Shown here one piece after another: positions 56,359-57,787 of a stretch of DNA of 57,787 bases; the first letter of the stretch is position 1, and each line of letters starts with the position of its first letter. Position numbers and translations under genes: made by a program. The DNA is from Candidatus Saganbacteria bacterium CG08_land_8_20_14_0_20_45_16. Lineage in GTDB: Bacteria; Margulisbacteria; WOR-1; O2-12-FULL-45-9. The notes beneath the pieces were generated by a model, which was not told the DNA's origin, ran no database searches, and saw nothing but the letters and a program-made list of their open reading frames with translations. The stretch spans positions 1 through 57,787 of the forward strand of contig PEYM01000120.1 in the NCBI GenBank assembly GCA_002774365.1, in the 5' to 3' direction.

Positions 56359-56436
56359 CTCACCCCCGGATTCTCTAAGTTATCCACCCCTCGCCCACTG
56401 GGAGAGGGGGCTAAATTTTAGAATGTCTGGGGTGAG
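56359..56436 (+). repeat. Hairpin-containing interspersed repeat, copy B (MITE-like; possible terminator for gene I)
   Basis: Terminal inverted repeats CTCACCCC (56359-66) and GGGGTGAG (56429-36). Inner hairpin CCCCTCGCCC-ACT-GGGAGAGGGG (56387-56409) followed by GCTAAATTTTA. Related to 6364-6420 in inverted orientation. Confidence 0.55.
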
Positions 56437-56458
56437 GGCTAAAATAGTTGCCATAACA

Positions 56459-56487
56459 GTGAAATTTTCTGCAAACCAAGCCGATAA
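56459..56487 (+). promoter_or_regulatory. Sigma-28-like promoter motif, copy 7 (upstream of gene J)
   Basis: GTGAAA 56459-56464, 15 nt, GCCGATAA 56480-56487 (a perfect consensus -10), then ATATAT. 18 nt upstream of GTG 56506. Confidence 0.6.
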
Positions 56488-56505
56488 ATATATGGAGCAT
56501 AAAAA

Positions 56506-57787
56506 GTGCCTAATCTAACAGCAAAAATACTTAAGAGCGGGGCCTGGCAGATCGCCACTGGCTATCAACTGCGACGCAATGTACGCAACTGGCTGCGTCA
56601 TACTAATCTAAGACCACCCTTGGGTCAAACATTTGCCTGTCCCGGAGCGCCTGGCATTGATCCCACTAGAATTAGAAGGGTTTCTCCCACAGAAGTCAGG
56701 GCCTGGCGGATGAGCAGCACTAATGCAGCCAGCACAACTCCCCCAGTACCTATGACCCAGCCCCCAACACCTACCCCACCCATCAGCAAAACCCTTAAAC
56801 TCGCTATCAATCACCTAATTGGCTTTCGAGCCAGGGCTGCCTCTTTTCTACTCGGAGCCACCATTGCCGCTCCATTAACCGCTTGGGCAGCCTGGTCTCT
56901 ACCGCTTCAAGGCAGCATAACTTTTATTGACCTTGTACCTTCTGATCTTTTTCTAAGACATGGCATTGTCATGTCACTTTACGCAGAAGGCGTGGCCATT
57001 AGCCTTATGTCAGCCCTGCCAGTCGCTTTATTGTCTGGCTTTATTTTTGTTAGTCTGGCCCAAAGGATTACCAAGTCGTTCCTGACCAAAAATTGTCAAA
57101 CAAACAAATTGCTTGGTTTCAAAGCCGCAGTTGAAACCTTATCACCCAAACAAAAACGCAAACTCTTCAATAAACTCCCGATCATTGAGGTCTCTTTCAG
57201 TCGGCTAAATGAGCGAGCTGCTAAACTTGAAGCTGAGGCTAGCAGCGTGGCTGACCTGGAACATAAAATTGCCGAGTTAGAGCTCCTTAAACAACAGGTT
57301 GGGGCTTTAACAAGCGAAAAAGAGGAAGTTACGCAACGCGCTCAACAAGCAGAAAGAGCTAAATCAGAGGCAAAACAAAGAAAAAATGAGCTTGAACAAG
57401 AGGTAAAAACCAACAAAGATATTATTAAGACTTTGCAAACAAAAAATGAGAAGCTTGACCGAACAATTAAAAAACAAAATAAGGCTCTGGCTGCCCTTAA
57501 AATCACTGAGGATGCCTTAGCAGACCTCAAAACTGAGCTTGCAGAACTGCAAAAACAAATCAAAGAATTAAAAACAAAGAAAGGACGACTAAACGAAAAA
57601 CTTGAGTCAGCTAACACATTAGCAAAAAACCTGCAACAAGAGCTAAGAAAAAAAGAAGTACGGATTCAAGAGTTAAGCCAAGATATTCTAGAAGTTGAAG
57701 GGTTCAACACTAACCTAACGCTAAAAATATCAGAAGTAGAGGCCAGAGCAGAAAGATCTGGCCTTGAGCTAGTGGCAGCAAACACAA
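56506..57787 (+). CDS. Giant-cluster protein J (partial, more than 427 aa), paralogue of I; absent from the supplied ORF track
   Basis: My own translation from GTG 56506, with GGAG at 56494-56497 and an in-frame TAA at 56500-56502 upstream: VPNLTAKILKSGAWQIATGYQLRRNVRNWLRHTNLRPPLGQTFACPGAPGIDPTRIRRVSPTEVRAWRMSS.., a P/T linker, two hydrophobic segments, then coiled coil. The frame stays open to the window end. Confidence 0.75.
   Translation, partial: MPNLTAKILKSGAWQIATGYQLRRNVRNWLRHTNLRPPLGQTFACPGAPGIDPTRIRRVSPTEVRAWRMSSTNAASTTPPVPMTQPPTPTPPISKTLKLAINHLIGFRARAASFLLGATIAAPLTAWAAWSLPLQGSITFIDLVPSDLFLRHGIVMSLYAEGVAISLMSALPVALLSGFIFVSLAQRITKSFLTKNCQTNKLLGFKAAVETLSPKQKRKLFNKLPIIEVSFSRLNERAAKLEAEASSVADLEHKIAELELLKQQVGALTSEKEEVTQRAQQAERAKSEAKQRKNELEQEVKTNKDIIKTLQTKNEKLDRTIKKQNKALAALKITEDALADLKTELAELQKQIKELKTKKGRLNEKLESANTLAKNLQQELRKKEVRIQELSQDILEVEGFNTNLTLKISEVEARAERSGLELVAANT

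Overview
This 57.8 kb window looks like it comes from an uncultivated diderm bacterium. GC is in the mid-40s % by eye, not computed. I saw no rRNA, tRNA, CRISPR array or transposase.

Left third (1-19.2 kb, almost all minus strand): housekeeping genes valS, a glutamate formimidoyltransferase, ftsH, a MazG-like gene, mfd and pth. It also holds a three-gene operon of small ORFs and a mannan-type glycan locus. That locus has two GH26-like hydrolases, two MalF/MalG-type ABC permeases, a secreted CBM-like protein and a beta-barrel-like protein.

Right two thirds (19.4 kb to the window end, all plus strand): a roughly 38 kb block of ten large genes, labelled A-J here (689-2022 aa), plus one 99-aa ORF, about 12,000 aa in total. 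I recognise no enzymatic, ATPase or transporter signature in any of them. The only recognisable parts are generic: TM helices, TPR, PKD, coiled coil and a beta-rich C-terminus.

The block forms six transcription units. Each is preceded by the same motif, (G)TGAAATTT then nnCGATAT exactly 15 nt after GAAA. This fits the sigma-28 (FliA/SigD) promoter consensus TAAA-N15-GCCGATAA. A seventh copy precedes the hypothetical gene at 2848.

The giant proteins share two private sequence modules: FADLTxxQxxxIxLLNRxLLE..CPQ and IWxxLxxxGYINxxG. I and J are paralogues. One opposite-strand AAA+ ATPase gene, flanked by 35-bp direct repeats, interrupts the block.

Other structure:
- Phased heptanucleotide tandem repeats, inserted in frame in valS (two sites encode KSEIRNPK[SP]E) and at the 5' end of a GH26 gene.
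- A hairpin-containing interspersed repeat present in two copies.
- A decayed nucleotidyltransferase gene.

All functional calls rest on motifs recognised by eye. No database or structure search was possible.
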